Part shown: positions 11,544-25,627 of the stretch, piece by piece
Position numbering within the stretch: the stretch's first letter is position 1
Layout: each line of letters opens with the position of its first letter
Source: Mobula hypostoma
Lineage: Eukaryota
Assembly: GCF_963921235.1 (NCBI RefSeq)
Contig: NC_086097.1
Span: 140,246,001-140,310,000, forward strand
Direction of reading: 5' to 3'
Length of the DNA stretch: 64,000 nt
Translations under genes and position numbers: made by a program
Notes under the pieces: model-generated
Database searches by the model: none
Seen by the model: the letters and a program-made list of their open reading frames with translations, nothing else
What the model was told of the DNA's origin: nothing

Positions 11544-14500
11544 CTGCAAGGTCAAGAGATGGAACAATCATTGATTAGATGGGAGATTAATCTACAAAAG
11601 TTGCAATTTCAAATCTGATTCAGATATTCAACCACAGAACCATTTATTTCATCTACTGCTGTTTAACAGAAACTATGGATCCTTGTTCTGGATTGTTCCC
11701 TGAACAAGCCAAAGAATCAGGTGCCAAATTTTGCTTTTGCCAGAGATTGAATAATCCAAGAACATTAAAAACTATTTATGGAGGACAGAATAATTAGCTT
11801 ACTCAGGGATTACAGTTTAAGTAAATGGACTGCAAATCTGTAAATATAGAAATACATAATTTTGCTTTGTGCATCTTCATACCCAATGCAATACCTTAAT
11901 GACAACAGCTTCACTATTACATTTTCATTCTGTCTTCAAGGAAATCCATGTTCCGTTAAAAAGACCCTGAAATTTACTCACTAAATTGCTCTGCTTTTCC
12001 CTTCTTTACAGTGTTTCTGATAACAGGGGTCTTACTAGGCCTTTGGCTAGCTGATCTAATATTTCACAATATGTGGAGCTCTATCTTATTCTCAGACACT
12101 TAGCACATGACTACTTGCATCCCATTACATTCAGATTTGCTTTTGCTCATACGTGCCGAAGTGCTTCAGAGAAAATGGACTGGTTTGATTTTTTAAGTGC
12201 AGTCTCTATACTTCTGTATGTAAATACGTATGATCAGTTAACCTGATTTTCTGGCACTGATGGGATAAGGAGTCTCGCAATGTGCAGCAACCTTCAGTTA
12301 TCAGTAGAACTCTCACCAAAGAGGGCTAACTCAATCCAAACTCTGACTGTTAACTCTTCTGTTTAATGAAAGCCAAGAGAATGGTATATTCTTCTTTAAG
12401 TTACAGCAGCCACGTTCTGCACACCATGCCTTGCAATTTTCTTCACCGCAGCCAGGTTGTGGTGTGAGTGAACCATATGTAAACTCCATTTAAAGCCTGG
12501 CTGTTAGCCACTACATGAGCTGCAATACTCAGTGAACAGGAGCACACTATAGAGCTGAGTTGTAACAATAACCGTCTCAGCCAGTAGTCTAGGTGGAGAG
12601 AAACAGGGAGACCTGCAGATGCCTTGCCATAATTTTCCATTGTAGCATAGGTCAATTTCCATAGGTCAATCAGGCTGGTAATTGAGAAGGACAATAAACT
12701 TAAGAATTTACAATGTCTCTTTATTTAAATTTAGAATAACATTGGTTGGATATTGGGCAAGTGAGCTGCTTTGCATGACTGTTTACGACTCAATATATTT
12801 TGTTTTTTAAATGTTAATTTTAATAATCTTTTCTTAACCAAATAGAACAAAGAAAATAGACAAAGTAAACATCTCTCCTAATTCAACCTTCCCAAACAAT
12901 AGTTACGCTAGAATTCTACCAACTTAAAGATGGCTACTGAGATTCTTTAACCTATTAATAGCTGTTATCTAAATATAAGTTAAAACCGAAAACCAATAAC
13001 AACTACTAACTATTTAAGTTGCTGTTTGAATTTTAGTGTTGACTAATTCAAAAAAAATGTTTGTAACAGTTGGTGTAAAGGTGGAATTTAGACAGGAATT
13101 GATGTTATGAAGATTCAAATAAATTGTTTGGTAGATTAACCTTCAAAAGGAAAGGATTGCATCTGCCATTTTAAAAGGTGATTATTTACTGCTGTCCAAA
13201 TTAAATGTATTAGTCATTAATTAAATAGCCAGTGACCACCAGAATTGTGAGGTTTGTTTAATATTTCAATTAAGCTCAATTAGGTGAACAGGTTGAATAT
13301 AGTGGTCTGTCCAAAAAAAGCGCCAGTTGCCGCTGATGGATATGTTAATTAAAAGGGCAATTAAACAGGGATCAAGGCAAAAATGCTAGGGAGGGGCAGA
13401 GGAGTTGGCTAAAAGAAATTGAAGTAGATATTACTAATGCTGAGAAAACCTGGGGAAACTAAACATGTTACATTGTTCCAGATACATGATAACTTTTGTT
13501 AAGAATTTAGACTACTGGTCCAGATAACTAAACTACGCTGATAGTGGAGTGATGTACATCTGTGATATTAGGTCAAAGCAGTTTCAGGAATGCTCCTATT
13601 TCTCATTATTTCAAGAAAGTGTGCAATGCAACTGAGAAACTGATCTTTCTCACAACTAAGAGAAAAATAAAATCTGTGTTTAGTGAGATATGAATAGATC
13701 ATGAAAGGCCATGTAATTGAAACAACATTGTGTGTTGCTCTGGATTTCCAGCATATTCAGAATCTCTTGTATTTATGTGGCAATATAACTAGTACTGTAC
13801 TTGATCCATCAAACAGGCAGTGAGCAAGGGCCCAGGTCCTGCAGAAAATAAGCATGGCACAGTGTGGAAGGAAGGAGGGTGAACGGGGTGGGGGGTGAGA
13901 AAGAGCTGGGACTGGAGTACAGTCGGCACAATGAGGTCTGTTGTTATTGTAGTTGGGACAAACAGTCTTCTCAACATTCTGTAGGATCAGCCACTGTTTA
14001 TTCATAGAGTACAGAAGATCTGCTTCTAAGTGGGGAACAGGAGCTACAAGTTGCGGGTATTCAAATACTTTACTGCCTGTTGCAGAATGAAATGGCATTG
14101 CAGGGCAGCCCACTTTAAACATACCCCTTGTACAAAATGGTAGAACTCATCTCTCAGGAAACTTGGTAAGAGTTGCTCGGGCAGAGAAGGAATTGGTGTA
14201 GAGCAGGGAAGAAATGCTCCAGGGTCATTTCAAACTGCAACCTATTTATAAGCTATGTTAGGGCACTCAGAGAACACAGTGAATGAGGGCTCCAACCAAA
14301 AGGTAGCTTGTGTGGCAGAGGTAGAGGTGGAGAGGAATGTGAGATGGTATACACCAAGGAAGCACAGAATCTCTTGGTGGAAGTGGTAAAGGGAGCACAT
14401 CAATTCACACACCTGTGTGAGTAGTGTGCCACACCTGTGGGACCCACACTGAACTTATTAACCAGCACAAAAGCCCTGACAGGTGGAGAGGGCCACCCAA

Positions 14501-14544
14501 AAAAAGTATTCACCCACATGGCCCATCAGTGGAAGAATTTGTAG

Positions 14545-14830
14545 TACCCACTTCCTGTTATAGGAAGGATATAATTAAGTTGGAGCGGGGTCAGAAAAAA
14601 AAATCACAAAGTGGTTGCTGGGACTGCAGGGTGAGTTACAAAGAAAAACAGGATTGGTTGGGACTGTTTTCCACTGGAGTAAAAGAGACTGAGGAGTGAC
14701 CTTATGGAAGCTGATAAAATGATGGGCATAGATACAGGACAGATGATCAGAGACTTTTCCCAGGGTAGTGAAGTCTAAAACTAGAGGGCATAGCTTTAAA
14801 GTGAGAGGTAAGTTTAAAGGAGATGTGCAG
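14545..14830 (+). mobile_element. CR1 3' fragment
   Basis: Remnant YRKDIIKLERGQKK...SYKEKQDWLGLFS. Confidence 0.7.
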
Positions 14831-14834
14831 GGCC

Positions 14835-17113
14835 TACTCGGGGAAAGGCTATATTAGATTGGCTGTCGTGTAATAACCCAGATCTTATTAGGGAGTTTAA
14901 TGTAAAGGAACCCTTAGGAGGCAGTGATCATATTATGATTGAATTCGTACTGCAACTTGAGAGGGCGAAGCATAAGTCAGATGCATCAGTATTGCCATGG
15001 AATAAAGCAAATTACAGAGGCATGAGAGAAGAGCTTGCCCAGGTAGATTGGAAGAGGATACTGGTGGGAATGACAGCAGAGCAGAGATGGCTGAAGTTTC
15101 TGGGAATAGTTCACAAGGCGCAGGATAGATATGTCCCACAGTAGAAGTTGTTCTCAAATGGCAGGGGTAGGCAACTTGGCTGACAAGGGAAGTTAAGGAC
15201 TGCATAAAAGCCAAGGAAAGGGCGTATAAGGTAGCAAAAGTGAGTAGAAAGTTGGATGATTGGGAAGTTTTTAAAATCCAACAAAAGACAACTGAAAAAC
15301 CTATAAGAAGGGAAAAGGTGAACTATGAGGACAAACTAGCCAATAATATAAAGCAGGATACAAAAAGCTTTTTCAGGTATTATAAAGAGTAAAAGCGTGG
15401 TGAGAGTTGATATTGGACCACTGAAAAAGGATGCTGGTGAGATAGTAATGGGGGAACAAAGAAACAGCAGAAGAACTTAATGAGTACTTTGCATCAGCCT
15501 TCACTGTGGAAGACACTAGCAGTGTGCCAGAGGTTGATGAGTGTCAGGGAGCAGGAAAAAGTGCTAGGCAAACAGAAAGGTCTTAGGTGGATAAATCACC
15601 TGGGCCAGATGGACTGAAGAGATAACGGATGCATCAGTTGTGATCTTTCAGGAATCACTTGATTCTGGCATGGTCCCGGAGGACTAGAAGATTGCAAATG
15701 TCACTCTGCTGTTTAAGAAGGGAGGAAGGCAAAAGAAAGGAAATTATAGGCCAGTTAGCCTAACCTCAGTGGTTGGGAAAGTGTTGGAATCTATTACTAA
15801 GGATGAGTTTTTGGGGTACTTGGAGACTAATGATAAAATAAGTCAAAGCCAGTATGGTATCTTTAAAGAGAAATCTTGCCTGACAAATCTGTTAGAGTTC
15901 TTCAAGGAAGTAACAGGCAGGGTCGACAATGGAGAGGCAGTGGATGTCATTTATTGGATTTTCAGAAGGCATTTGATAAGGTGCCACAAATGAGGCTGCT
16001 TAACAAGATAAAAATCTATGGTGTTACAGGAAAGATACTGGCATGGACAGAGGAATTACTGACAGCCAGGTGGCAGCAAGTGAGAATAAAAGGGGCCTTT
16101 TCTGGTTGGCTGCCAGTGACTGGTGGTGTTTCACAGGGGTCAGTATTGGGACTACTACTTTACACATTGTTTGTCAATAATTTAAGACAATGGAATTGAT
16201 GGTTTGTGGAAAAGTTTGCGGATGATACAAAGATAGGTGGAGGGGTAGGTAGTGCTGAGGAAGCAATGCAATTGCTGCAGGACTTAGACAAATTGGAAAA
16301 ATAGGCAAAAAAGTGGTAGATGGAATACAGTGTTGGGAAATGTACGATAATGTATTTTGATAAAAGGATCAATAGTCACACTATTATCTAAATGGGGGGA
16401 AGGTTCAAACATCAGAGGTGTAGAGGGACTTAGGAGTCCTTGTGCAAGACTCCAGAAGGTTAATTTACAGGTTGAGTCTGTGGTAAAGAAGGAAAATGCA
16501 ATGTTGGCATTCGTTTCAAGGGGAATAAAATCTAAAAGCAATGAGATAATGCTGAGGCTTTATAAGACATTAGCCAGGCTGTACTTGGAATATTGTCAAC
16601 AGTTTTGAGCTCTATATCTCAGAACGGATGTGTTGTCATTTGAGAGAATCCAGAGGAGGTTCACGACGATGATTCTGGGTATGAAGGGGTTAACATATGA
16701 GCAGTGTTTGGCAGCTTTGGGCCTGAACTCACTGGAATTTAAAAGAACATGGGGGACTTCATTGAAGCCTACTGAATGTTGAAAGCACTAGATAGGGTAA
16801 ATGTGGAGAGGATGTTTCCTATGGTGAGGGTAAAAATTGAAGGGCGACCTTTTGGAACACAGGTACAGAGGATTTTTTTTTATAGCTGGAGAGTAGTGAA
16901 TCTGTGGAATGCTCTGCCACAGACTGCAGTGCAGGCCAAGTCTGTGGGTATATTTAAGGCGGAAGTTGATAATTTCCTGGTCAGTCAGGACATTAAAGGA
17001 TATGGAAAGAAGGCAGGTGCATGGGGTTGAGTGGGAGCCTGGATCAGCCATGATGTAATGGTGCAGACTTGATGGGCTGAATGGCCTAATTCTGCTCCTA
17101 TATCTTATGGTCT
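14835..17113 (+). mobile_element. CR1 LINE, 5'-truncated, degenerate ORF2
   Basis: RT remnants SCLTNLLEFF, DFQKAFDKVP, GVSQGSVLG and KFADDTK; typical CR1 3' end ...ctaattctgctcctatatcttatggtct. Confidence 0.9.
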
Positions 17114-17114
17114 A

Positions 17115-17410
17115 AGATACAAAAGCCTGAAAGCACATCCCGTCATGCTCAAGGACAGCTTATGTCTCACTGTTAAAAGATACTGAAAGATTCTCTGGTA
17201 CAAAAAGACAAACCCTTGAACTCACAATCCACCTTATGATCTTCCACCTTATTATCTACCTGGCCACTGCACATTCTGTGACAATAACACTTTAGTCTGT
17301 ATTCTGTTACTGTTTTACCTTGAACTACCTCAAAGCACTTTGAATTGAATTGATCTGTATGAATGATATGCAAGACAAGTTTTTCACTGTGTTTTAGTAA
17401 TCAGTATGTT
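17115..17410 (+). mobile_element. Rex1/Babar 3' fragment
   Basis: agatacaaaagcctgaaagcac...ctcaaggacagc followed by a 3' UTR resembling the other copies. Confidence 0.55.
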
Positions 17411-17429
17411 GAAGTTCCAACGAGACTTC

Positions 17430-19357
17430 ATCTACTATTAGGGAATGAGACAGAGCAGGTGACAGAAATTTTTGTAGGGGAACGCTTCGTAACTAGTGAT
17501 CATAATGGCATTAGTTTCAAAGTAAATGTAGAAAAGGATAGGTATGGCGCATGGGTTAGGATTCTAGATAGGAGAAAGGCAAATATTGATGGTATCAGAA
17601 AGGATCTGGCAAGTGTGGATTGGGACAGGCTGTTTGCTGGTAAAGGTGTACTTGGTAAGTGGAGGCCTTCAAAAGTGTAATTTTGAGAGTACAAAGCCTG
17701 TCAAAATGAAAGGTCAAGATAATAGGTTTAGGGAACCTTGATTTAAAAGAGATATTGAGGCCCTGGTTTATAAAAACAAAGGTGATGCAGAGCGTGTATT
17801 GGCAGGTAGGAACAAATGAGGTGCTTATGCAATAGAAGAAATGCAAGAAGACACTTAAGAAAGAACTCAGGAGAGCTGAACAAAGGCATGAGTTGCCCTG
17901 CAGACAAGGGGAAGGAAAATCCCAAGGGATTTTACAAGTATGTCAAGAGAAAAAGGACTGCGAGGGACAAAATTGATCCTCTGCAAGATCAGAAGGGTAA
18001 CCCAAGCTTGCAGCCAAAAGAAATGGAGGACACCTTAAATACAATTTTTCTATCTGTATTTACTTGGGAAATGGACACAGAGCCTATAGAACTGAGGCAA
18101 AGCAGCAGTGAGGTCATGGACCCTATATACAGATTACAAAGGAGGAGGTGTTTGCTGTCTTGACGCAATTTAGGGGGGATAACCCAGGCCTAATAAAGTA
18201 TTCCCTCGGACCCTGTGGGAAGAAATTACAGGGGCCCTAGCAGATATATTAAATCATCTTTAGTGACAGACAAGGGACCGGAGGATTGGAGGATAGCTAA
18301 TCTTGTTCTGCTGTTTAACAAAGGCTCTAAAAATGAACCACAATGTTATAGCCTGGTGAACCTGACATCAGTAGTAGTAAAGTTATGGAAAGCTATTTTG
18401 AGGGACCAGATATATGAATATTTGGACAGACATGGATTGATTACAGATAGTCGGCGTGGCTTTGTGCATGTAGGTTGTGTCTAACCAATCTTAGAAAGTT
18501 TTTGAAGGAAGCTACCAGGAAAGTTGAAGGTAAAGCAGTGGATATTGTCTACATGGACTTCAGCAAGGCATTTAACAAGGTCCCACATAGGAGGTTGGTC
18601 AAGAAGATTCACTCGCTCAGTGTTCAAGATGAAGTAATAAACTGAATTAGACTTTGGCTTTGTGGGAGAAACCAGTGAGTGGTAGTAGATGGTTGCCTCT
18701 CTGACTGGAGGCCTGTGAGTAGTGAGTGTCGCAGGGATCAGTGCTGGGTCCATTGTTCTTTATCATCTGTATCAATAATTTGGGTGATAATGTGGTTAAC
18801 TGGATCAGCAAGATTCAGGAGTGTAGTGGACAGCCAGGTGGACTATCGGAGCTTGCAGCAGGATCTAGATCAGCTGGAAAAAATGGGGTGAAAAGTGGCA
18901 TATGGAATTTAATGCAGACAAGTGTGAGGTGTTGCATTTCAGTAGGGTCAACCAGGGTAGGTCTTACACATTGAATGGTAGGGCACTAAAGAGTGATGTA
19001 GAACAATGGGATTTGGGAATGCAGGTCCATAATTCCTTAAAGTGGCAAAATAGGGTTTTAAAGAAAGCTTTTGGCATATTGGCCTTCATAAAACAAAGTA
19101 TTGAGTACAGGAGATGGGATTGAAGTTGTATAAGACATTGGTGAGGCCTAATTTAGAGTATTGTGTGCAGTTTTGATCACCTACCTACAGGGAAGATGTA
19201 TATAAGGTTGAGAGAGTACAGAGAAAATTTACAAGGATTTTGCCAGGTCTGGAGGACCTGAGTTATAAGGAAAGATTGAATAGGTTAGGACTCTATTCCT
19301 TGGAACATAGAAGATTGAGGGAAAATTTGACAGAGGTACACAAAATTATAAGGCATA
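17430..19357 (+). mobile_element. CR1 LINE (outer copy, left part)
   Basis: KENPKGFYKYVKRK, DFSKAFNKVPH and FNADKCEVLHF remnants. Breaks at ...aaaattataaggcata and resumes at ~22847. Confidence 0.85.
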
Positions 19358-22300
19358 AGGGTCAGACAGGCGATTCTGTGGATGCAGGAAAGAAACACAG
19401 ATGGCAGTTTGCCTCCCAGATGCCCGGGTCTGGGATGTTTCTGATCGCGTCCACGATATCCTGAAGTGGGAAGGAGAACAGAGGTTGTGGTACATATCGG
19501 TATCAATGACACAGGTAGAAAAAGGGAGGAGGTCCTGAAAACAGACTATAGGGAGTTGGGGAGGAAGTTAAGAAGCAGGACCACAAAGGTAGTCATCTCG
19601 GGATTACTGCCTGTGCCACGTGACAGTGAGTATAGGAATAGAATGAGATGGAGGATAAATGCGTGGATGAGGGATTGGAACAGAGGGCAGGGATTAAAAT
19701 TTTTGGATCATTGGGACCTCTTTTGGGGCAGGTGTGACCTATACAAAAAGGACGGGTTGCCCTTGAATCCCTAGAGGACCAATATCCTGGCAGGGGGGTT
19801 TGCAAAGGCTGTTAGGGAGAGTTTAAACTGGAATTGCTGGGGGATGGGAACTGAATTGAAGTGACAAAGAAAGAGGTGGTTGGCTCACAAATAGAGAAAG
19901 CTTGCAGACAGTGCGAGAGGGAGGATAGGCAGGTGATAGAAGAGACGCGCTCAGACCGATGGTTTGAGATGTGTCTATTTTATTGCAAGGAGTATTATGA
20001 ACAAAGCAGATGAGCTTAGTGCGTCGTTTAGAACTTAGAGCTATGATGTTATGGCCATTACAGAGACTTGGATGGCTCAGGGGCAGGGATGGTTACTTCG
20101 AATGCCAGGCTTTAGGTGTTTCAGAAAGGACAGGAGGGAGGCAAAAGACATGGGGGCATGGCACTGTTGATTGGAGCTAATGTCACGGCTGCAGAAAAGG
20201 AGGAAGTTATGGAGGGATTGTCTACGGAGTCTCTGTGTGTGGAAGTTAGGAACAGGAAGGGGTCAATATCTCTACTGTTTTTTATATAGACCACCCAATA
20301 ATAACAGGGACATCGAGGAGCAGATAGGGAGACAGATTCTGATAAGGTGTAATAATAACAGGGCTGTTGTGGTGGGAGACTTTAATTATCCAAATATCGA
20401 TTGGCGTCTCCTTGGAGTGAGGGGTTTAGGTACGGTGAAGTTTGTTAGGTGTGTTCAAGAAGGTTTCTTGACACAATATGTAGATGAGCTTACAAGAGGA
20501 GAGGCTGTACTTGATTTGATATTGGGAAATGAACCTGATCAGACGTCAGATCTCTCAGTGAGAGAGCATTTTGGAGATTGTGATCACATTTCTATCTCCT
20601 TTATCACAGCATTGGAGAGGGATAGGAACAGACAAGTTAGGAAAGCGTTTAATTGGAGTAAGGGGAAATATGAGGCTATCAGGCAGGAACTTGGAAGCAT
20701 AAATTGGAAACAGATGTTCTCTGGGAAATGTATGGAAGAAATGTGGCAAATGTTCCGGGGATATTTGTGTGGGGTTCTGCATAGGTATGTTCCAATGAGA
20801 CAGGGAAAGGATGGTAGGATACAGGAACCGTGGTGTACAAAGGCTATTGTAAATCTAGTCAAGAAGAAAAGAAGAGCTCATGAAAGGTTCAAAAAACTAG
20901 GTAACGATAGAGATTTAGAAGATTATAAGGCTCACAGGAAGGAGTTTAAGAATGAAATTAGAAGAGCCAGAAGGTGCCATGAGAAGGTCTTGGTGAACAG
21001 GATTAAGGAAAACCCCAAGGCATTCTACAAGTATGTGAAGAGCAAGAGGATAAGACATGAGAGAATAGGACCAATCAAGTGTGACAGTGGAGAAGTGTGT
21101 GTGGAACTGGAGGAGATAGCAGAGGTACTTAATGAGTACTTTCTTTCAGTATTCACTACAGAAAAGGATCTTGGCGATTGCAGGGATGACTTACAGCAAA
21201 CTGAAAAGCCTGAGCATGTAGATATTCAGGAAGAGGATGTGCTGGAGCTTTTGGAAAACATCAAGTTGGATAAATCACCGGGACCGGACGAGATGCACCC
21301 CAGGCTACTCTGGGAGGTGAAGGAAGAGATTGCTGAGCCTCTGGAGATGAACTTTGCATCATCAGTGGGGATGGGACAGGTTCCGGAGGACTGCAGGGTT
21401 GTGAGTGTTGTTCCATCATTCAAGAAAGGGTGTAGAGATAGCCCAGGAAATTATAGACCAGTGAGTCTTACCTCCGTGGTTGGTAAGTTGATGGAGAAGA
21501 TCCTGAGAAGCAGGATTTATGAATATTTAGAGAGGCATAATATGATTAGGAATAGTCAGCATGGCTTTGTCAAAGGCAGGTTGTGCCTTACGAGCCTGAT
21601 TGCATTTTTTGAGCATGTGAATGAACACATTGATGAAGGTAGAGCAGCAGATGTAGTATATATGGATTTCAACAAGGCATTTGATAAGGTGCCCCATGCA
21701 AGGCTTATTGAGAAAGTAAGGAGGCAGGGGATCCAAGGAGTGTTGCTTTGTGGATCCAGAACTGGCCTGCCCACAGAAGCCAAAGAGTGATTGTAGATGG
21801 GTCATATTCTGCATGGAGGTCAGTGACCAGTGGTGTGCCTCAGGGATCTGTTCTGAGACCCCTACTCTTCATGATTTTTATAAATGAGCTAGATGAGGAA
21901 GTGGAGGAGGGGTGTGTAAATTTGCTGATGACACAAAGGTTGGGGGTGTTGTGGATAGCGTGGATGGCTGTCAGAGGTTACAGCAGGACATTTGATAGGA
22001 TGCAAAACTGGGCTGAGAAGTGGCAGATGGAGTTCAAACCAGATAAGTGTGAGGTGGTTCATTTTGGTAGGTCAAATATGATGGCAGAATATAGTATTGA
22101 TAGTAAGACTCTTGGCAGTGTGGAGGATCAGAGGGATATTGTATAAAAGTATAAAGTATTGGGGTCCGAGTCCATAGGACACTCAAAGCTGCTGCGCAGG
22201 TTGATTTTGTGGTTAAGAAGACACACGGTGCATTGGCCTTCATCAATCGTGGGATTGAGTTTAAGAGCCGAGAGGTAATGTTGCAGCTGTATAGGACCCT

Positions 22301-22846
22301 GGTCAGACCCCACTTGGAGTACTGTGCTCAGTTCTGGTTGCCTCACTACAGGAAGGATGTGGAAACCATAGAAAGAGTGCAGAGGAGATTTACAAGCATG
22401 TTGCCTGGATAGGGGAGCATACCTTATGAGAATAGGTTGAGTGAACTTGACCTTTTTCCCTTGGAGCGAAGGAGGATGAGAGGTGACCTGATAGAGGTGT
22501 GCAAGATGATGAGAGGCATTGATCATATGGATAGTCAGAGGCTTTTTCCAAGGGCTGAAATGGCTAGCACCAGAGGACACAGTTTTAAGGTGCTTGGAAG
22601 TAGGTACAGAGGAGGTGCCAGGGGTAAGTTTTTTTTTACGCAGACAGCGGTGAGAGCATGGAATTGGCTGCCGGCGATGGTGGTGGAGGCGGAAATGATA
22701 GGGTCTTTTAAGAGACTCCTGGATAGGTACATGGAGCTTAGAAAAATAGAGGGCTATTGGTAACCCTTTCTAAGGTAAGGACATGTTCAGGACAGTTTTG
22801 TGGGCCAAAGGGCTTTTATTGTGCTGTAAGTTTCCTATGTTTCTAT
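19358..22846 (+). mobile_element. Younger CR1 LINE nested in a CR1: esterase-type ORF1 remnant plus APE-RT ORF2
   Basis: ORF1 VVVHIGINDTGRK...WDLFWGRCDLYKKDGL (SGNH esterase-like). The 539-aa ORF 20171-21790 has YRPP, GDFNYP, NYRPVSLTS and DFNKAFDKVPH; GVPQGSVL lies downstream in another frame. Confidence 0.93.
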
Positions 22847-23172
22847 ATAGATAGGGTAAATGCAGGCAGGCTTTTTCCACTAAGGTTGTGTGGGGCTACA
22901 ACTAGAGGTCATTGGTTAAGGGTGAAAGGTGAAATATTTAAGGGAAACATGAGGGGAAACTTCTTCACTCAGAGGGTCATGGGAGTGTGGAATGAGTAGC
23001 CAGTGGAAGTGATAGATGTGAGCTGGATTTCAACACTTAAGCAAAGTTTGGATAGGTACGTGGATGATAGGGATATGGGGGGCTATGGTCCCAGTGTAGG
23101 TCGATGGGAGTAGACACGAACTAGATAGGCCACAAGCTCTGTTTCTGTGTTGTACTCCTCTATGACTATGTG
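22847..23172 (+). mobile_element. 3' end of the outer CR1
   Basis: IDRVNAGRLFPL...TRGH...RGNFFTQRVMGVWNE continues the copy interrupted at 19357; ends in a ctatgactatg tail. Confidence 0.85.
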
Positions 23173-24349
23173 ACAATAATAAATCAATTTACCAATTTAA
23201 CTTAATGTGGAATGGCCCCTTTTTGCACTGAAATTCATTGTTATGCTAATACCCAAGAAACAAACTGATAAACTGGTTGCAGACATCCATCAGAGTTGAA
23301 TAGTGTTAGTGAGTAGATTGCATTGTCTGTTTCACAAATGCTCACTGCTTCTGCACTGGGAACAGCATTAGTTTACACGAATCATTCATTTTCTCAATTG
23401 TAAGCATGAAACTAGGTAGGTGACACTGGCTTTCTCGAGGGAAACAAAATCTGTTAAAATGCAATATGGCAAATAAAGGAAAGAACCCTTCACACTGGGG
23501 ATTACAGCATTTTGACAAATTGGAAAGAGAAGTGTGAAAAAATACAAATGAAAACAAATGTTCCATTGTTCTTTAGTCCTCTGGTTTACCGATATGGAAA
23601 ATTTTAAGAACAATACAAACACACACTTGTTTTGTTTGTACTTCTGAATACTGTCTCCTGTAAGTCTGCCTAAAGAATATGAACAGAGGAAACTAAAGTT
23701 TGCAAATTCCATACCAGACTCCTGGCACTGGGCCTGATCTCCCAAGAACCTGTGAAATTGTTTGTCCATCAGATTAACATGATCAAACTTTTAAAATAAT
23801 GGACTCATCATGGAGACAATGTTGTACCCTTTGTCTCGTTATCAACAGTGCTTGTCTGTTCTGAAAGTTTGCCTAAAGGATATTTGAATGTTGATTTGTA
23901 ACAAGGCAGTGGTGTTTTATTTTGAGGTGTACACAACCACTAAATATTTTAAGGATAACGTGTTTTAATTGCACACAAAGTTAACATCTATTCTTTCAGA
24001 AGAGCTCTACAGTATGCTTATGTAAAAGATTGGATTAGCTAATTAACTGCAGTCAGCTACAAGCAACATTCTTCAAAGCAACTGTGTATTTATGTAAACT
24101 ATTGCGTTAATCTTCATAGGTTAATGATATCTAGCTTTACTTTAGCAAAGACTCTTAATCCCGAGGAACAGAAATCTTGCTACCTCCCTTTTTATTTTAT
24201 GTTCATCAAAAATCTCATTGACTTCAACCTCCCAGAAACATAAAGTAGAATTTGAAATTTTGACTTCACCAAATTACTCTTTGTATACACTAATAAATAA
24301 ACTACAAACAAGCAAACCAAATAAATATTCTGCTAATCTTCATCAGTTC

Positions 24350-24550
24350 ACATGCTGAGTATAAGAGTCAGGAAGTCTTGTCACAACTATGTACAACCTT
24401 GTTTAGGCCATCTTTGTAGTATTGTGTGTAGTTATAGTCATCCCATTACAGAAAAGATGTGGAGGCTTTGGAGAGGGTGCAGAAGTTGTTCACAAGGATG
24501 TTGCCTGGATGGAGAATATTGGCTACAGGGACAGGTTGGACAAACTCAGA
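24350..24550 (+). mobile_element. CR1 fragment
   Basis: RKDVEALER / YRDRLDKL remnants. Confidence 0.65.
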
Positions 24551-25627
24551 CATTGTGAAGCCCGACATGTCAAGTATAGTCAGCACTTTGTTTATTTCAG
24601 AATTCTAGCATCTACCGTGTATCACCACAGAGAAGCAAGAGGCAACTCTGCTGGAGGGTGAGATCCTGGAGTGGTGAGTGGTTGTGGAACAAAGAGCTTC
24701 ACAAGAAATACAACACAACCAATTCACGCTGAGTTTATACTTGACAACACTTAGTCCAAGACAATGCTTCCAATTACTCGGAGAGCAGGCTGGACCATCA
24801 CCTTGATTGAAGGAAATGTGGAGACTTGGAATGCACGCACCGTCTTATGTAGCTGTTGAGTGAGTGATAGTTTTCTGTAACAGAACAGTGACAGATTTGT
24901 CCTGAAAGAGAGAGTAACAAGTTTGAGTGATGAGTTGAGGACAGAAAGCTGACTCATGTGGAGCCTCCAGGGCTGTTAGCATCAGAAAATTTACTGTTAC
25001 CTATGAATGAAGCTCCTTATTCAGTAACCAGGAAAATATTCGTTATTAAATAAAGAAAGGAAACATAGAAGTATCCTTTTTCCATTTTTGTTTGATGTTA
25101 AAGTCCAAAGCTACCAGACCTGAGTCACAGAAGGTAGGGAGGTATGGTATACATTTGTCAAGAGGGCATTGCAAGGACACAACTTCAATACCAGCAGCAA
25201 GAGAACAGAAGCAGCTTGAGTATTAATTTCACTCACTCAGCTTTCACTGAAGGAGGAAAAATTATTTAAAATAAAAGAAAACAAATACTGCATTAATGTG
25301 TGCCTCAAATTGTTGGGGATATAGAGCTTTCAAAATGTCATTGAGCTTTGGTATGCTCCAATGCATTCTGCACTCAGTGAAATGTTGTGCTTCAAAACAG
25401 TTATTGCTGCAATGAAGGAAACATTAACAATCTGTTTTGCAGTGGTGTAGGTTGGAAGAATGCTGGCCAGAACCAGAAAGTCCCTCACCAAGAGCATGTC
25501 AAGATATCTACTGGACAAATAGCTTATATCAGTCAGGATCAAGGAGCAGTGAGCTATTGCTCGCCTCTAAATTCCAAGATAGGAAAATTCTGCACAAATA
25601 TCTGCAAAGGGAACATGTTTCTCGGCT

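Noticed and set aside
13757..14122. 121-aa minus-strand ORF in the BBS9 intron
   Set aside because: No recognisable motif or homology; likely a chance ORF.
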